Source: Candidatus Bathyarchaeota archaeon (GTDB lineage: Archaea; Thermoproteota; Bathyarchaeia; Bathyarchaeales; Bathycorpusculaceae). From it: a stretch of DNA of 64,000 nucleotides. Positions 8,344 through 18,951 of the stretch are shown here, piece by piece. Each line of letters opens with the position of its first letter. The stretch's first letter is position 1. The notes beneath the pieces are model-generated. The model was given only the letters and a program-made list of their open reading frames with translations. It did not search any database and was not told the DNA's origin. The position numbers and the translations under genes were made by a program. The DNA lies in assembly GCA_963733095.1 (NCBI GenBank), contig CAVTBV010000003.1, positions 1-64,000 of the forward strand. The letters are read 5' to 3'.

Positions 8344-9170
8344 AGCGCTGTGACTCCCTTGTAGAGCATCTGGATAATTAGGATTGTAACAATGACCAAG
8401 AAGAGACTTTTGAGGTTTTTGTCATGGATTCTGTTTAACACTCGCCCGCCTACCACTGCTCCAGCTGTGACACCGATCGCCATCGGAGCCATCAAAGTCA
8501 AGTTCAGTAGCCCCGAAAACAAGTAAACACTCACGCCTGCCAGTGCAGTCATGCCTATGACGAGGTTGCTTGTGGCGCTGGAAACTTTTGATGGGACCTT
8601 GAGGACTTTTTCGTGGACGATAACTTTGAAGGCACCTGCGCCTATGCCGAGCATGCCGGCTGCTAATCCCGCTACTAGCATTCCTAATCCTCCCAGAAGT
8701 GCGTTGGTTGCCCTGTATTTTACCAATTGATTCTTGGCTTTGTCAAAGTAGCTGCCTTCAAGCCCCAGCAATTTGGACAGTCTGTCTTGGCTTGTTGGGG
8801 AAATGTAGTTTTCTTTTATGGAACTTCGGACGTTGATGAAGGAGGTCATCAGAAATCCAGCAAACAAGAAGTAGAGAAAAATGGGAGCAATTATCACTGT
8901 GATTGTTGCGCCCGCGATGGCTCCGATGATTGTGAACATTTCAAGGTACATTGCCAGTTTAATGTTGGTTATTCTTTCTCGAACAAAAGAGGAGGCGGAG
9001 CCGCTGGACGTAGCTATGATAGCAACCATTCCGCATGCCACTGCCTCTTTAACAGGGATGCCGAAAAAAACCATGATGGGAATAAGGATGCTGGCGCCCC
9101 CAAGACCTGTAAGCGAGCCTAAAAGACCCACAAGGATGGAAATTAGCAGTAGCGAAACCATGTCGAGCAT
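8340..9170 (-). CDS. sulfite exporter TauE/SafE family protein
   Basis: GSLTGLGGA and GMLGIGAG repeats, multiple TMs; start taken at ATG 9170. Confidence 0.9.
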   Translation of the reverse strand: MLDMVSLLLISILVGLLGSLTGLGGASILIPIMVFFGIPVKEAVACGMVAIIATSSGSASSFVRERITNIKLAMYLEMFTIIGAIAGATITVIIAPIFLYFLFAGFLMTSFINVRSSIKENYISPTSQDRLSKLLGLEGSYFDKAKNQLVKYRATNALLGGLGMLVAGLAAGMLGIGAGAFKVIVHEKVLKVPSKVSSATSNLVIGMTALAGVSVYLFSGLLNLTLMAPMAIGVTAGAVVGGRVLNRIHDKNLKSLFLVIVTILIIQMLYKGVTAL

Positions 9171-9267
9171 GCGCCATCTCCACGCTAAAATAACAACTGC
9201 AATTATTAAACCGCTCCCACTAAACAATATTAATCTTGGCGCAATGTTTGGTTTCCAAGTGATATCC

Positions 9268-9675
9268 TTGACGCAAGTGTTCATATCGGGCCCAATTATA
9301 GGTATGGAAAAACAGCAAGACTACCGAAAAACCATTACCGAAGTCTGCGTTAAACTGGGGTTTGAAGTGATTGACCCGTGGAAGAGAGAACGTGTCCTCT
9401 ACAATGGAACGGAAGAGTGCTGGTGGGATAAGGTGCCAGTCTTCGACTTTATCCAGAGGGACCTCGACGACGCTGACCGATGCGACGTCATGGTTGTATA
9501 CTTGCCCATCCTTTCAGCAGGTGCATGCATGGAACTGTTCTACGCCAAACGCAAAGGCAAACACATCATCGTCGTTTCGGAACTCAAATGTCTGAGCCCC
9601 TGGATTGTGTTTCACTCAGACAAAATAATAAAAGGCTTCAGTCAGCTTGAAGACGCCCTCAAAGAGTGTCTTTAG
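9268..9675 (+). CDS. nucleoside 2-deoxyribosyltransferase-like protein
   Basis: VFISGPI, VIDPW, RDLDDADRCD, SAGACMELFYA motifs; the upstream part of the long ORF is antisense to TauE. Confidence 0.8.
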   Translation: MTQVFISGPIIGMEKQQDYRKTITEVCVKLGFEVIDPWKRERVLYNGTEECWWDKVPVFDFIQRDLDDADRCDVMVVYLPILSAGACMELFYAKRKGKHIIVVSELKCLSPWIVFHSDKIIKGFSQLEDALKECL

Positions 9676-11276
9676 GCTTGCTTGAATTCTTCTCGAATTT
9701 TCATCTGTCGTCGTTTGCGGTTGTATCCCACAGAAAAGTCGTGGGCAGCATCACGGATTTTGCGGAGCAGGAGCATCATTTTGCTGTTCTTGTCGAAAAT
9801 TCTTGGTGCAGATTCATTTGGTAGATAGATTTCTTCATGTTCCTTCGCTAAACCGATAAGTGGGAGCTGCAATCCAAGAGTTTGTAAGGCATGTTTTGCT
9901 GCATGAACCTGTCCGGGTCCACCGTCGATAACGACCAAGTCAGGTAACTGCCCTTTTTCATCGATTTGGCGTTTGTACCGTCTAGCCACAACCTCGTTAA
10001 CAGCGGCGAAATCATCTTGTCCAACAAATGTTTTGATTTTGAATTTGCGGTAGTTTTTCTTGTCGGGTTTGGCGTCTTTGAAGGTAACCATGCCTGAAAC
10101 GACGTGTTCGGTTCCCAAGTTGGATATGTCAAAGCATTCGATTACATGCGGCAGCACAGGGAGGTTGAGGTTATTCTGCAAGTCAACCAAGGCAGTATCA
10201 ACGTCTAAGCCTGACTCTAAGTTTTTCTCTGCCAACTGTACAAGCCCCAACTTGTCGGCTCGCCTAGGAATAGTCAATGAAACGGGTGCTACCCTCTTTG
10301 CGGAGAGGAACTCTTCTAAAGCCTTCTTCTCTTCAGCGCCTTGCCAGCAGGGCTTGTTTAGCAGGATTTCCCTTGGAATCGGGTTTGAGGTATAATATGC
10401 CTTTAAGAATTCCTGTTCAATCTGAGGCTGTAAATCAACGCTGAACTCTTTTTTGCCCAGGAGTACTCCTTTGCGCATGCCCATCTGAACTGCCAGCATC
10501 TTCTCGCCCACCTGCCTAAACACCAACACATCCTGGTCAAAGCGACGCTCTTTATCGACGATTTGATGTTCAGTAACAAGTCTTATGGATTGGATTTGAT
10601 TGCGAAGTTCAAGTGCGTTCTCATATTGCTGTGCTTCTGAAGCGGTTTGCATTTGAGTTTTGAGTTGTTCGATTGTTTGTTGGTAGTTTCCGTTTAGGAA
10701 GCTGCGAGCCTGCCGCACTTGTTCAGCGTATTGTTCTGCGGTAGCTTTGCCGATGCATGGAGCGGTGCAGAGGTGGATGTGATAGTTTAGGCAAGCTCGT
10801 TTGGGCATGGTTTTGCAGGTTCGTAGCTTAAACACTTTAACGACTAAACGCTGCAAATCCTGCCTTGTGAAACCGTCGGTGTAAGGTCCAAAAGATTCAA
10901 GTTTGCGCGAAACCTTGCGGCTCGTTAGTATCCTTGGAAAAGGTTCTCTGGTCAGCGAAATGTACGCGAAGGTTTTTGCGTCTTTGAGGTTAACGTTGTA
11001 CTTGGGCGTGTGTTGTTTGATGAGTTTGTTTTCTAAAAGTAGCGCCTCAACTTCGGTGTTGACTACGACCCAGTCGATCTGGCGAATATGCAACACCAAC
11101 TGCCGCGTCTTAGCGGGGTGGTCGTTGCTTGAAAAATAACTCTTAACCCTTGAACGCAAGCTTTTAGCTTTGCCCACATAAATGATTTCCTCTTGCTCAT
11201 TACGATAGAGGTATACTCCGGGGTCAGTGGGTATGTCGATGCTTTTGAATTCTGAGGGGTCAGCTAATTTAATCAT
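9672..11276 (-). CDS. uvrC: excinuclease ABC subunit C
   Basis: GIY-YIG (PGVY..IYVGKAKSLR), Cys cluster, UVR coiled coil, RNase H-like IECFDIS/PDLVVIDGG; no C-terminal HhH. Confidence 0.95.
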   Translation of the reverse strand: MIKLADPSEFKSIDIPTDPGVYLYRNEQEEIIYVGKAKSLRSRVKSYFSSNDHPAKTRQLVLHIRQIDWVVVNTEVEALLLENKLIKQHTPKYNVNLKDAKTFAYISLTREPFPRILTSRKVSRKLESFGPYTDGFTRQDLQRLVVKVFKLRTCKTMPKRACLNYHIHLCTAPCIGKATAEQYAEQVRQARSFLNGNYQQTIEQLKTQMQTASEAQQYENALELRNQIQSIRLVTEHQIVDKERRFDQDVLVFRQVGEKMLAVQMGMRKGVLLGKKEFSVDLQPQIEQEFLKAYYTSNPIPREILLNKPCWQGAEEKKALEEFLSAKRVAPVSLTIPRRADKLGLVQLAEKNLESGLDVDTALVDLQNNLNLPVLPHVIECFDISNLGTEHVVSGMVTFKDAKPDKKNYRKFKIKTFVGQDDFAAVNEVVARRYKRQIDEKGQLPDLVVIDGGPGQVHAAKHALQTLGLQLPLIGLAKEHEEIYLPNESAPRIFDKNSKMMLLLRKIRDAAHDFSVGYNRKRRQMKIREEFKQA

Positions 11277-11420
11277 GGATCCGTGTCGCTGTTTATTTGA
11301 CTTCACGTTGGATGCATTAAGGGTTTCCTTAAAAACTGATTGAAACTCAAGCTTTTCAACAAGATGGAAGCCCTTTAGGTATGTTTAAAGCCTACTTTTG
11401 GCTTTTAATATTGAAGGTTC

Positions 11421-12092
11421 ATGGAGAAACCTAAACGTTTTAACAAGCTAATTTCTGCTTTTCTTATCGCGATGCTTTTTGCGCTTCTATTTTTGGCGAT
11501 TTATTACGCTCAAAACCCACCCCAACCCAAAAACCTGTATCCCGGAGAAGTCAGGGACTACCAAGGACAAAACCTATCCTCGATAGCGGATGTCCGCGAA
11601 AACGCCATCAAGGGAACACAAAACATCAACATTTCAACTTATCAGCTGGAAATAACTGGGTTAGTGAACCATACCCTGGATTACTCTTACGATCAAGTGG
11701 TCAGTAGTTTTCAGAATTACCAAAAAGTTGTAACCCTCTTTTGTGTTGAGGGCTGGTCAGCTAAAATTCTTTGGGAGGGCGTCCTTGTTGACGACTTGAT
11801 TAAACAAGCTGGCGTCAACTCGAGCGCAGTTGGCGTAATCTTTTATGCTTCCGACGGTTACTCAACCGAGCTTCCTCTCGACTACGTTACAAACAACCAT
11901 ATCCTATTAGCTTACAAGATGAATGGATTGGTGATTCCGCCCGAACGAGGCTTCCCATTCCAATTGGTCTCTGAAAGCCAGTACGGCTACAAATGGATAA
12001 AATGGGTAACAAAAATCGAGTTGACTGACAACCCCAACTATCTGGGTTACTGGGAAAGTCGGGGCTACCCCAACAACGCCGCACTAAGATAA
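11421..12092 (+). CDS. molybdopterin-dependent oxidoreductase (sulfite oxidase-like)
   Basis: CVEGWS, AYKMNG, ERGFPFQL, GYKWIKWV, GYWESRGY; N-terminal TM anchor. Confidence 0.9.
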   Translation: MEKPKRFNKLISAFLIAMLFALLFLAIYYAQNPPQPKNLYPGEVRDYQGQNLSSIADVRENAIKGTQNINISTYQLEITGLVNHTLDYSYDQVVSSFQNYQKVVTLFCVEGWSAKILWEGVLVDDLIKQAGVNSSAVGVIFYASDGYSTELPLDYVTNNHILLAYKMNGLVIPPERGFPFQLVSESQYGYKWIKWVTKIELTDNPNYLGYWESRGYPNNAALR

Positions 12093-12506
12093 TCTACCCA
12101 AATACTTCTTCCTAACTTGGCTGGTGCACAAGTAAAAAATAATCAAAACGCTATAAGTAATCTCGCCAAACCCCGCAAACTTCGGTATCCCGGGGATACT
12201 AGGTAAATCCAGTAGAGTCAAAGAATCCGCAGCAATGACAAACAGTGAAACAGCAATAGTTCCAATCCACCCTGCCTTCTTGCTCTGCCAAACAAAAACG
12301 GCGAAGACCACCGTCAGTAAGCCAAATAAAATCGTGTAAACGTCATAAACGATTGTGGCTTGTATGAAAAACAGAGTTTCATACGCAAGAAGAAAAAAAC
12401 CGAAGAAAACATGGATGACGCCAATTAGTAGTTGTGTGGCTGTTAATACGACTATGCCTATGCTTCTGCCCTTGTAGGTGATGTTTGGGGTTTGTTTTTT
12501 GGTCAT
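12084..12506 (-). CDS. hypothetical membrane protein
   Basis: 140 aa, four hydrophobic segments. Confidence 0.75.
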   Translation of the reverse strand: MTKKQTPNITYKGRSIGIVVLTATQLLIGVIHVFFGFFLLAYETLFFIQATIVYDVYTILFGLLTVVFAVFVWQSKKAGWIGTIAVSLFVIAADSLTLLDLPSIPGIPKFAGFGEITYSVLIIFYLCTSQVRKKYLGRLS

Positions 12507-12518
12507 ACAATCATCTGC

Positions 12519-13484
12519 TTAGGGGTAATCAAGCCGTTTTGACGTGAGCCATTTCCTTCTCCATAGCCAAACCAACGGCAGAATAATCGAGACCAACATT
12601 GCAGCGCTGACTATGATGATGTTGGTGTTGCCAAACTGTGAGATACCGAAGAATGTGGCGACAGTGTTGGGAAAAGAGGTGACGGTTGTTATTATGGTTA
12701 GGTAGAAAATGACGACTGTTAGGGCTTTTATTGATAGGTTAATTTTGTTTGAGACAGCGGACAGGTGCACGTTTATTGCGTCTGAGAGGATTTCTCGGTA
12801 GGTTTCCACGATATCTACTTGCCTTGTTAATTCCTCGTGGGTTGTGTCAAATAATGCTCGGGCTTTTGCATCTATGCAGTTAGCGTCGCATTTCTTGATA
12901 TTAAAAACCAAGCCGCGTTCATACCACAGAACCTTATTAAAGCTAATCATGTTGGATTTGAGCCTAAAAATTTTCTTCAGAGTATCAGCGGATGTTTTCT
13001 CAACAACTTCCTCTTCCATCTTCGCCGTTAGGTTCTCCAACTTTTCAATTTGCATGTAGTGGTTGGCGACTATTTCGTCTATGATAAAGTAGGTTACTAT
13101 TGAGGCAGGGTCTATTTTGGTTCTGCTCATTCTTTCTTTAGCTGTGTTGATGATTGGCTGGATTTCCTTTTTAGCCACGGTTATGAGAAAGTTTTTGGAA
13201 ACAACAATAATGGCTGGGTAAGATTTTTTTGTTGACATAACATCCTGCAATGCAAGGAAATTGATAATGACGTAGTTTTGTTCTAAACGTAAATTGACAA
13301 TGCCATTAGTTTTGGATAACCTCAAGAAGTTGACGGACACTTGAGTTGTCTCAGAGACTGCCTCTAGCTCGTCTTCAGTTGGGTCAACAAGTTCAAGCCA
13401 AATATTCGCGAGATTTAACGCTTTAACCTGCTTAGCGTCAACGTTGCTTTCTGACTTGGTACCCAAGTAGACGGCGCGAATCAT
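12519..13484 (-). CDS. CorA-like divalent cation transporter
   Basis: WLELVDPTEDEL, SNKINLSIKALT, two C-terminal TMs; GMN replaced by GIS. Confidence 0.85.
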   Translation of the reverse strand: MIRAVYLGTKSESNVDAKQVKALNLANIWLELVDPTEDELEAVSETTQVSVNFLRLSKTNGIVNLRLEQNYVIINFLALQDVMSTKKSYPAIIVVSKNFLITVAKKEIQPIINTAKERMSRTKIDPASIVTYFIIDEIVANHYMQIEKLENLTAKMEEEVVEKTSADTLKKIFRLKSNMISFNKVLWYERGLVFNIKKCDANCIDAKARALFDTTHEELTRQVDIVETYREILSDAINVHLSAVSNKINLSIKALTVVIFYLTIITTVTSFPNTVATFFGISQFGNTNIIIVSAAMLVSIILPLVWLWRRKWLTSKRLDYP

Positions 13485-13510
13485 ACAGTAATCCAGCTCA
13501 AATAGTAATA

Positions 13511-13885
13511 TTAGATTTTTGGATTGTCGCCCGAAGGTGGTGGCTGCTTCTTTTTTTCCATTTGCTTAGCTAACACTTCGATAAACTGCCCAATTCGATC
13601 TCTTGTTCTGCCAAAATCAAGAACCGAGGTTATCGTGGTCACAGGGGTTTCAGCTTTTATGGACATGCGTGTTTTTTTCTCATCTACAGAGGCTACCTCG
13701 ACGAACATGACTGAACTGTAAGCCATGAAACCTCCCTTTGTTTTTAATTTAACCTTATGCGTTACTTCGTCTTTTTCTTCGATTTGCCACTCTAAAATCT
13801 TGGTTACCTCTGGAATTGATTTCCAAATCTTTTCCAGTGGGTAATCTACTTCGAATTTTTCATCCTCGTCCCGCAGGTAAGCCAT
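13511..13885 (-). CDS. hypothetical protein
   Basis: 124-aa ATG ORF in a minus-strand gene run. Confidence 0.7.
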   Translation of the reverse strand: MAYLRDEDEKFEVDYPLEKIWKSIPEVTKILEWQIEEKDEVTHKVKLKTKGGFMAYSSVMFVEVASVDEKKTRMSIKAETPVTTITSVLDFGRTRDRIGQFIEVLAKQMEKKKQPPPSGDNPKI

Positions 13886-13925
13886 TTTTCTTCAAGAATG
13901 TTTTCTTTGGCTGATACTTAACTCT

Positions 13926-14717
13926 TCATCTGTGGGCTCCAGGGTTAGCTCTTCGCTGCCTCACTTTCCGCTCTAAAAGCGAAAGCCCTAAAGCAACAAG
14001 GATTACTACGATGGCTTCCTGAGCAACCACTGCTATAAATGGGTCCGTGTTTTGTTTGAATACTAATCCAGATAGCGCCCACACTACTACAAAACTGTAG
14101 GCAATGTCTCTTCGGGCAATGATTACTATCAAGGTTACGATTAAAGCAACCCCCATCGCAATTATGCCCCATGTTTGAGCACCCAAACCAAACCCATCCC
14201 ATCCAACCGAAACCAAAGCAGCAGCCACATTGGCAATTGACGCCACAGAAATCCAACCGAGGTAAACGCTGAACGGTAAATGAACACCCAGCTTCTCAAT
14301 TCTAGACGAAACTGATTTTCCTATGCATAGACGCAGGTAAATTGTGATTAGAGTTGCCAATAGGGCAAACATCACAATCACTGAGATAGTGATGTAGTCG
14401 TATTGCCAGAGAAAAAGCCAAACAGCGTTGAATATGCTGCTTAGAATAAATAGGCTGCCGATTTGTTTTTGGAAGGGTTTGTCTTTTTGTTTTGGCAAGG
14501 CTTGGTAAATGACGAATACTCCTAGAAGGATGTAGATGATTCCCCAGATGGCGAAAACGTAGCCTGCAGGCGTAAAAGGGTTGGAGTATAAGTCAGATAC
14601 CTGTGCGGTTGTTCGGCCATTGAGCAGGGTTGTGCCTGCTAAACCGTTGACGGCAAGAGTAGCCGCGAAAGCAATGATATTTCCAAAACTAAGCAAATTG
14701 GAATTGGTTTTCTTCAA
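13926..14717 (-). CDS. TspO/MBR-like tryptophan-rich membrane protein
   Basis: FTPAGYVFAIWGIIY, NAVWLFLW, FSVYLGWISVA motifs. Confidence 0.85.
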   Translation of the reverse strand: MKKTNSNLLSFGNIIAFAATLAVNGLAGTTLLNGRTTAQVSDLYSNPFTPAGYVFAIWGIIYILLGVFVIYQALPKQKDKPFQKQIGSLFILSSIFNAVWLFLWQYDYITISVIVMFALLATLITIYLRLCIGKSVSSRIEKLGVHLPFSVYLGWISVASIANVAAALVSVGWDGFGLGAQTWGIIAMGVALIVTLIVIIARRDIAYSFVVVWALSGLVFKQNTDPFIAVVAQEAIVVILVALGLSLLERKVRQRRANPGAHR

Positions 14718-14952
14718 AAAAAAGCCTCAAATTAAAAGACTGCTGTTAAATAAATAAAGATTTTCACTTCAATTTGAATAGTTCACTAGTTTCTGCCTTA
14801 ACTTTGCGCTTCAGTGCAACCGCAACATGGCAATCAGACAAACGAAAAATGAGAATTGTATGATTATGTCGGCTTGAATCGCAAAAAAAGATACAATAAT
14901 AACTAATGAAAAATGATATTTTTTCTACTTAAGACTTGCTCTTCTGCTCAGT

Positions 14953-15330
14953 TTATTTTAGTGATTCTTTTAGGGCTGAAAAGTAAGTCATTACTTGTTC
15001 CATTTGGGCTTCAGCCATGGATAGTATTGCTTGGACAGTTGCTTTCTTTGGAGATGTTGACAGAGTCGCTAAGGCGTAGTCTAGGCTGGTGAAGAGGGGG
15101 TCCCATGGGATGTTAACCCGTTTGCCCTTGAGGTTGTAGAGGGCAAGTACGAAGGCGCTGGCGCGACTTAAGCCGTCTTTAAATGATTGGACACTGGTGC
15201 CGATGACTGATACTTCGTATTCTACTCCAGCGATAAAATTCCTTATAACCTCATAATTGTGCTCTAAATTCTGAATTTCAGCAAGAAGGTCTTGCTTTAT
15301 CTTTGTTTCAGCGTCGTTTTCCATACTCAT
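14953..15330 (-). CDS. hypothetical helical protein
   Basis: Amphipathic helical ORF; ATG 15330/15324 after GGGA. Confidence 0.7.
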   Translation of the reverse strand: MSMENDAETKIKQDLLAEIQNLEHNYEVIRNFIAGVEYEVSVIGTSVQSFKDGLSRASAFVLALYNLKGKRVNIPWDPLFTSLDYALATLSTSPKKATVQAILSMAEAQMEQVMTYFSALKESLK

Positions 15331-16036
15331 CCCTTTTTTGTATGTCCCGTTCAAGTAAATAAGACTTCTTTACTAATATAAAGAAAGTTTCTGCAATCCA
15401 AGACAAGATGTACTTTGTTTTCTGTACCTGTAAACCTAAACATTCAAGTTCGTTTCCAACAGCTTGATTTGTCACGGGAAACCATAGATTTCCATTCACA
15501 ACGCGTCTAACTCGTTTGAACATTCCTAAGAGCGAAAGAGGAGTATAAAACGCAATAATCATTTGCCCTTTTGTGATGCGACTAAATTCCAGCAATATTT
15601 TTTTCCGAATAATCGGTGGAACATGCCCCATTAAGCGCACTGATACGGTAAATTCTGCGCTGCCGTCTTTAAATGGTAAATTTTCTGCTTCACATTGCAC
15701 CAAATCAAAATACACACTTCGCTTTAATCTCTCTTTCGCAGATGACAACATGCTCTTCGAAATGTCAGCGCCAACAACATATCGGCCACTTTTTGTTAAC
15801 AATTCAATCATCCTTCCGGTGCCGCAAGGGGTATCGATAACTACTATGCGTGTGGAAGTTTGATTTTCAATTAATTCCAAGATAGCATTTTTCTCTAACC
15901 TATCGACCAGTTGTCCAATTACGTTAGAAAAACGTCTCTTGTCGTATTGTTTGGCAACTCCAATCTTTAGGTAGGCAACTTTTGCTTTATACTGTATTTT
16001 TATCGTCTCCCTTCTGCCATTTCTTTCCAAAGACAC
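15308..16036 (-). CDS. class I SAM-dependent methyltransferase
   Basis: VIDTPCGTGR, GADISKSML, EAENLPFKDGS; start may be ATA at 16003. Confidence 0.9.
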   Translation of the reverse strand: MSLERNGRRETIKIQYKAKVAYLKIGVAKQYDKRRFSNVIGQLVDRLEKNAILELIENQTSTRIVVIDTPCGTGRMIELLTKSGRYVVGADISKSMLSSAKERLKRSVYFDLVQCEAENLPFKDGSAEFTVSVRLMGHVPPIIRKKILLEFSRITKGQMIIAFYTPLSLLGMFKRVRRVVNGNLWFPVTNQAVGNELECLGLQVQKTKYILSWIAETFFILVKKSYLLERDIQKRDEYGKRR

Positions 16037-17181
16037 AGGTATTTGTGGGCAATGCCTTCAATGTTGTATTCCATCCGTACTTTTTCCCTTGCTGCCTGAG
16101 AGATTTTTTTATGCAAGGTTTCATCCACGTGAATTGTGTTTATCTTTTCGGTGGCCTCTTGGAGTGAATTAAATATGTACCCTGTATCACCATTCAAAAT
16201 TAACTCGTTGGAGCCACCAACATTTGTGGTTATTATGGGAACACCCAAGGCCATACATTCTATCCAAGTTAAAGGTGGGGCAACAATGGAGGCTGTTGAT
16301 AGTATTGGAGAAAGAAAAGCGTCAGAGGCGTTTACTAATTTGAGGAATTCTAAGTTGGAGTTGGTTGAAATTATTTTAATGCCCCTCTTTTCGTAATATT
16401 GGTATTCTTCTTTGAAATGCACGTTCTTGAGAGCCAAAATAAATTTGTAATTACTGTTTTGCTTTATGCTTTTGTTAGCAATCTTGAGCGCACATTGAAA
16501 CTCCCCCCTGCCAATTTGCTGTAGAAACCCCGACCACAAAATCAATTTTGAATTTGGATCTATGCCTAATTTTTCTCTTGTCTGTTTTCTCTGTGCAAAA
16601 CTAGGTTTCATAAACTCGGCGTCAACTCCCCAATGGATAATCTCTATCTTATCTTGTGCAATACCTAATTCTACCAGTTTATGTTTGAAAGAATTGGTTG
16701 TTGTTATAACCTTTGTGAAAGGTCGTAAGCTTGCTTTCAGAAGATTGTCATAAAACTGGTGGTGAGGATGATATGTAGGAGCAAAAATGCTGAGGGGCAC
16801 CCTATTTTTTCTATTTAATCCTGCCATTATCGGTCCATAGTTATCGATTAGATGTATCAGTTGGCTATTCTCTTCTGTGGCGATGCTTTTTATCTTGTTA
16901 AGATTTTTCAAAAATGAGAAACTTTTGCTGCCATAATTATTTGAAAACTTTATGCTACTGTTACTGAATTTGGAGTTTAAAGTTGGGAATGGAAAGGGTG
17001 TTAAATTGTGCAGGCGCATTGCAGGCGCTTTAAAGTAATCGCCTCTGCAATCATTGTTGATTGAAGTGACGCAAATGCGTTCCCCCTTCTGACATATAGT
17101 CTTGGTAAGCATAAGCCAGAAGTTTTTGTCTCCCTCATGCCTATACGGCAAGTACCTGCTGCCTACGAGCAACAAATTCAG
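16000..17181 (-). CDS. glycosyltransferase family 4
   Basis: WGVD, IECMALGVPII, GT-B C-terminus; CTG 17181 or TTG 17175 start. Confidence 0.9.
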   Translation of the reverse strand: MNLLLVGSRYLPYRHEGDKNFWLMLTKTICQKGERICVTSINNDCRGDYFKAPAMRLHNLTPFPFPTLNSKFSNSSIKFSNNYGSKSFSFLKNLNKIKSIATEENSQLIHLIDNYGPIMAGLNRKNRVPLSIFAPTYHPHHQFYDNLLKASLRPFTKVITTTNSFKHKLVELGIAQDKIEIIHWGVDAEFMKPSFAQRKQTREKLGIDPNSKLILWSGFLQQIGRGEFQCALKIANKSIKQNSNYKFILALKNVHFKEEYQYYEKRGIKIISTNSNLEFLKLVNASDAFLSPILSTASIVAPPLTWIECMALGVPIITTNVGGSNELILNGDTGYIFNSLQEATEKINTIHVDETLHKKISQAAREKVRMEYNIEGIAHKYLCLWKEMAEGRR

Positions 17182-17268
17182 AGCAGTACGCTTCCTGTAG
17201 ATAATTTATGTAAAGAGGGCGATTGTATTTTTAACCAACATTTCAAGATTTTGTGCTCGCTGGAAATC

Positions 17269-18930
17269 TCAAGAAGTACTCTTATAGACTACACCTTTTC
17301 CGTCATCGTATATTTTCTCAAGATCAGTGTAATTGTTTGGGGAATAGAAAGCACTTCCAAGGGGCTTAGAGTTTAACCAGTTTGCGCCCTCTATAGATTG
17401 TGACACACTTGTGTATGATAGCACCAGATAGTTGCAGTTGGTCTGTTCGAAGACTCTGCTTGCATTTTCAAAATCTGAAATGTAAAGAAAACTGATAGTC
17501 TCTTGGTCGAATAGATGGATGTATATTGAATCGACCTTTTTAAGTTCTGTGACATCCTCCAGTAAACGTCCGCCTGTCTTCAAATCCGTCAGTATATTGC
17601 CTTCGGTTGCATATTGAGATGTCCATTGGCTTGTTGATTTTATGGATGAATCGAATAATTGAGCATATCCCAATTTTGGATCTTCAAACCAAGCTCCGAA
17701 CTTTGCGACACAAAGGACAAGTATAAGGCACAACAGGAATATTCTTGCGAACTTTAGCTTTTTGATTTTTCTTTCAAGAAATTTTAACTCGTTTATCGAG
17801 AAAAACGCAAGAAGCGAAAACATCAGTAAAAAGTATTTGAATGGAAAAACCTCTAGTGAAGAATAGATAATGATGTCAACTAGCCATGGGAGCATCAAAG
17901 CAAAAAATAGCACGTACTTCACATCGATTTTATTATTTAGCAGAACTGACGGTCTTTTTAAGAATTTAGTTGAAAAATAAAGTGTGTAGAGTAAAATTGG
18001 AACAACAATTGAAATTATCAGTAACAAACCTATATTCGACGTGAAAGCTTCAGTTTTGTAAGCGGTGTTCATTCCGTTCGATTCTGAAGAAAACATACCT
18101 CGGACATATGAGAGGTAGCTGCCGAGATAGCTCAACGATTTAGTTGACATAATTTGAGAAAAATAGGAGTAAAAGATATTATCAAACTGTATAAAAATTA
18201 ATGTAAAAATTAAAGCTAAAATTATCAAAGGGCGGCGCAGTTTATATGGTTGCAGTTGGGCTTTTTTGCATTTTGATAAAACAAAAACGCCAACCGCCAT
18301 TGCCAAAGAGAAAACAACAGCGTTGACTTCGGACGTGTAATAAGTCAAATACAATGCAACGAAGGTTATGACTAGCAGAAATATGCCTTTAGCTGAAAAA
18401 GCCCGGGATTCTATGGGCTTTATGAAGAGAATAAGAAATGTGAAGAAAAGGCTAAAACCCAAGCCTATGTAAAAAACGTTGTAACTTAACACGTTGATGG
18501 CAGGTTCATATGCTAAAAACAAAGTGAATGCAGCGGCGACCAGATTTGATTTGGAAACAAGTTTTGCTAAAGCAAACGAGAGCGCTAGCAGAATCAAGCC
18601 ATTTAACGGAAAGAATATTAAATTCTCTACTTGAGTGCCCGTCACTTGGCTGATAATTGTTAGCAGGGAGGTTACGGATGCGCGTTCCGAAAGAGAATCT
18701 GCATGATGCTGTAATGTTCCTCCAACGGGTTCAAATGGATGAATTAGAATGTGTCCTGACTCAATAGATGCTTGGCTAACTGCGATTGTTGAGTAAGTGA
18801 ATGGGTCCCCTGTTTCATTGGTGGACGAAAGGACTTTTGGGAAAATGCAAACAAGGATAAGTATTATCCAAAATAGTATTCGAAGATTTTTGTGTTTAAG
18901 AAAAGCAACGTTCATTTTTTCACTTTGCAC
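17269..18930 (-). CDS. polytopic membrane protein (GT-C/glycan polymerase-like)
   Basis: About 11 TMs plus a C-terminal soluble domain ending KIYDDG, inside a glycosylation cluster. Confidence 0.7.
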   Translation of the reverse strand: MQSEKMNVAFLKHKNLRILFWIILILVCIFPKVLSSTNETGDPFTYSTIAVSQASIESGHILIHPFEPVGGTLQHHADSLSERASVTSLLTIISQVTGTQVENLIFFPLNGLILLALSFALAKLVSKSNLVAAAFTLFLAYEPAINVLSYNVFYIGLGFSLFFTFLILFIKPIESRAFSAKGIFLLVITFVALYLTYYTSEVNAVVFSLAMAVGVFVLSKCKKAQLQPYKLRRPLIILALIFTLIFIQFDNIFYSYFSQIMSTKSLSYLGSYLSYVRGMFSSESNGMNTAYKTEAFTSNIGLLLIISIVVPILLYTLYFSTKFLKRPSVLLNNKIDVKYVLFFALMLPWLVDIIIYSSLEVFPFKYFLLMFSLLAFFSINELKFLERKIKKLKFARIFLLCLILVLCVAKFGAWFEDPKLGYAQLFDSSIKSTSQWTSQYATEGNILTDLKTGGRLLEDVTELKKVDSIYIHLFDQETISFLYISDFENASRVFEQTNCNYLVLSYTSVSQSIEGANWLNSKPLGSAFYSPNNYTDLEKIYDDGKGVVYKSTS

Positions 18931-18951
18931 AGGACATACAATGCAGAGTTG

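Noticed and set aside
8881-9267. Met-rich N-terminal extension of the 264-aa ORF
   Set aside because: Antisense shadow of the TauE gene; the recognisable domain starts near 9268.
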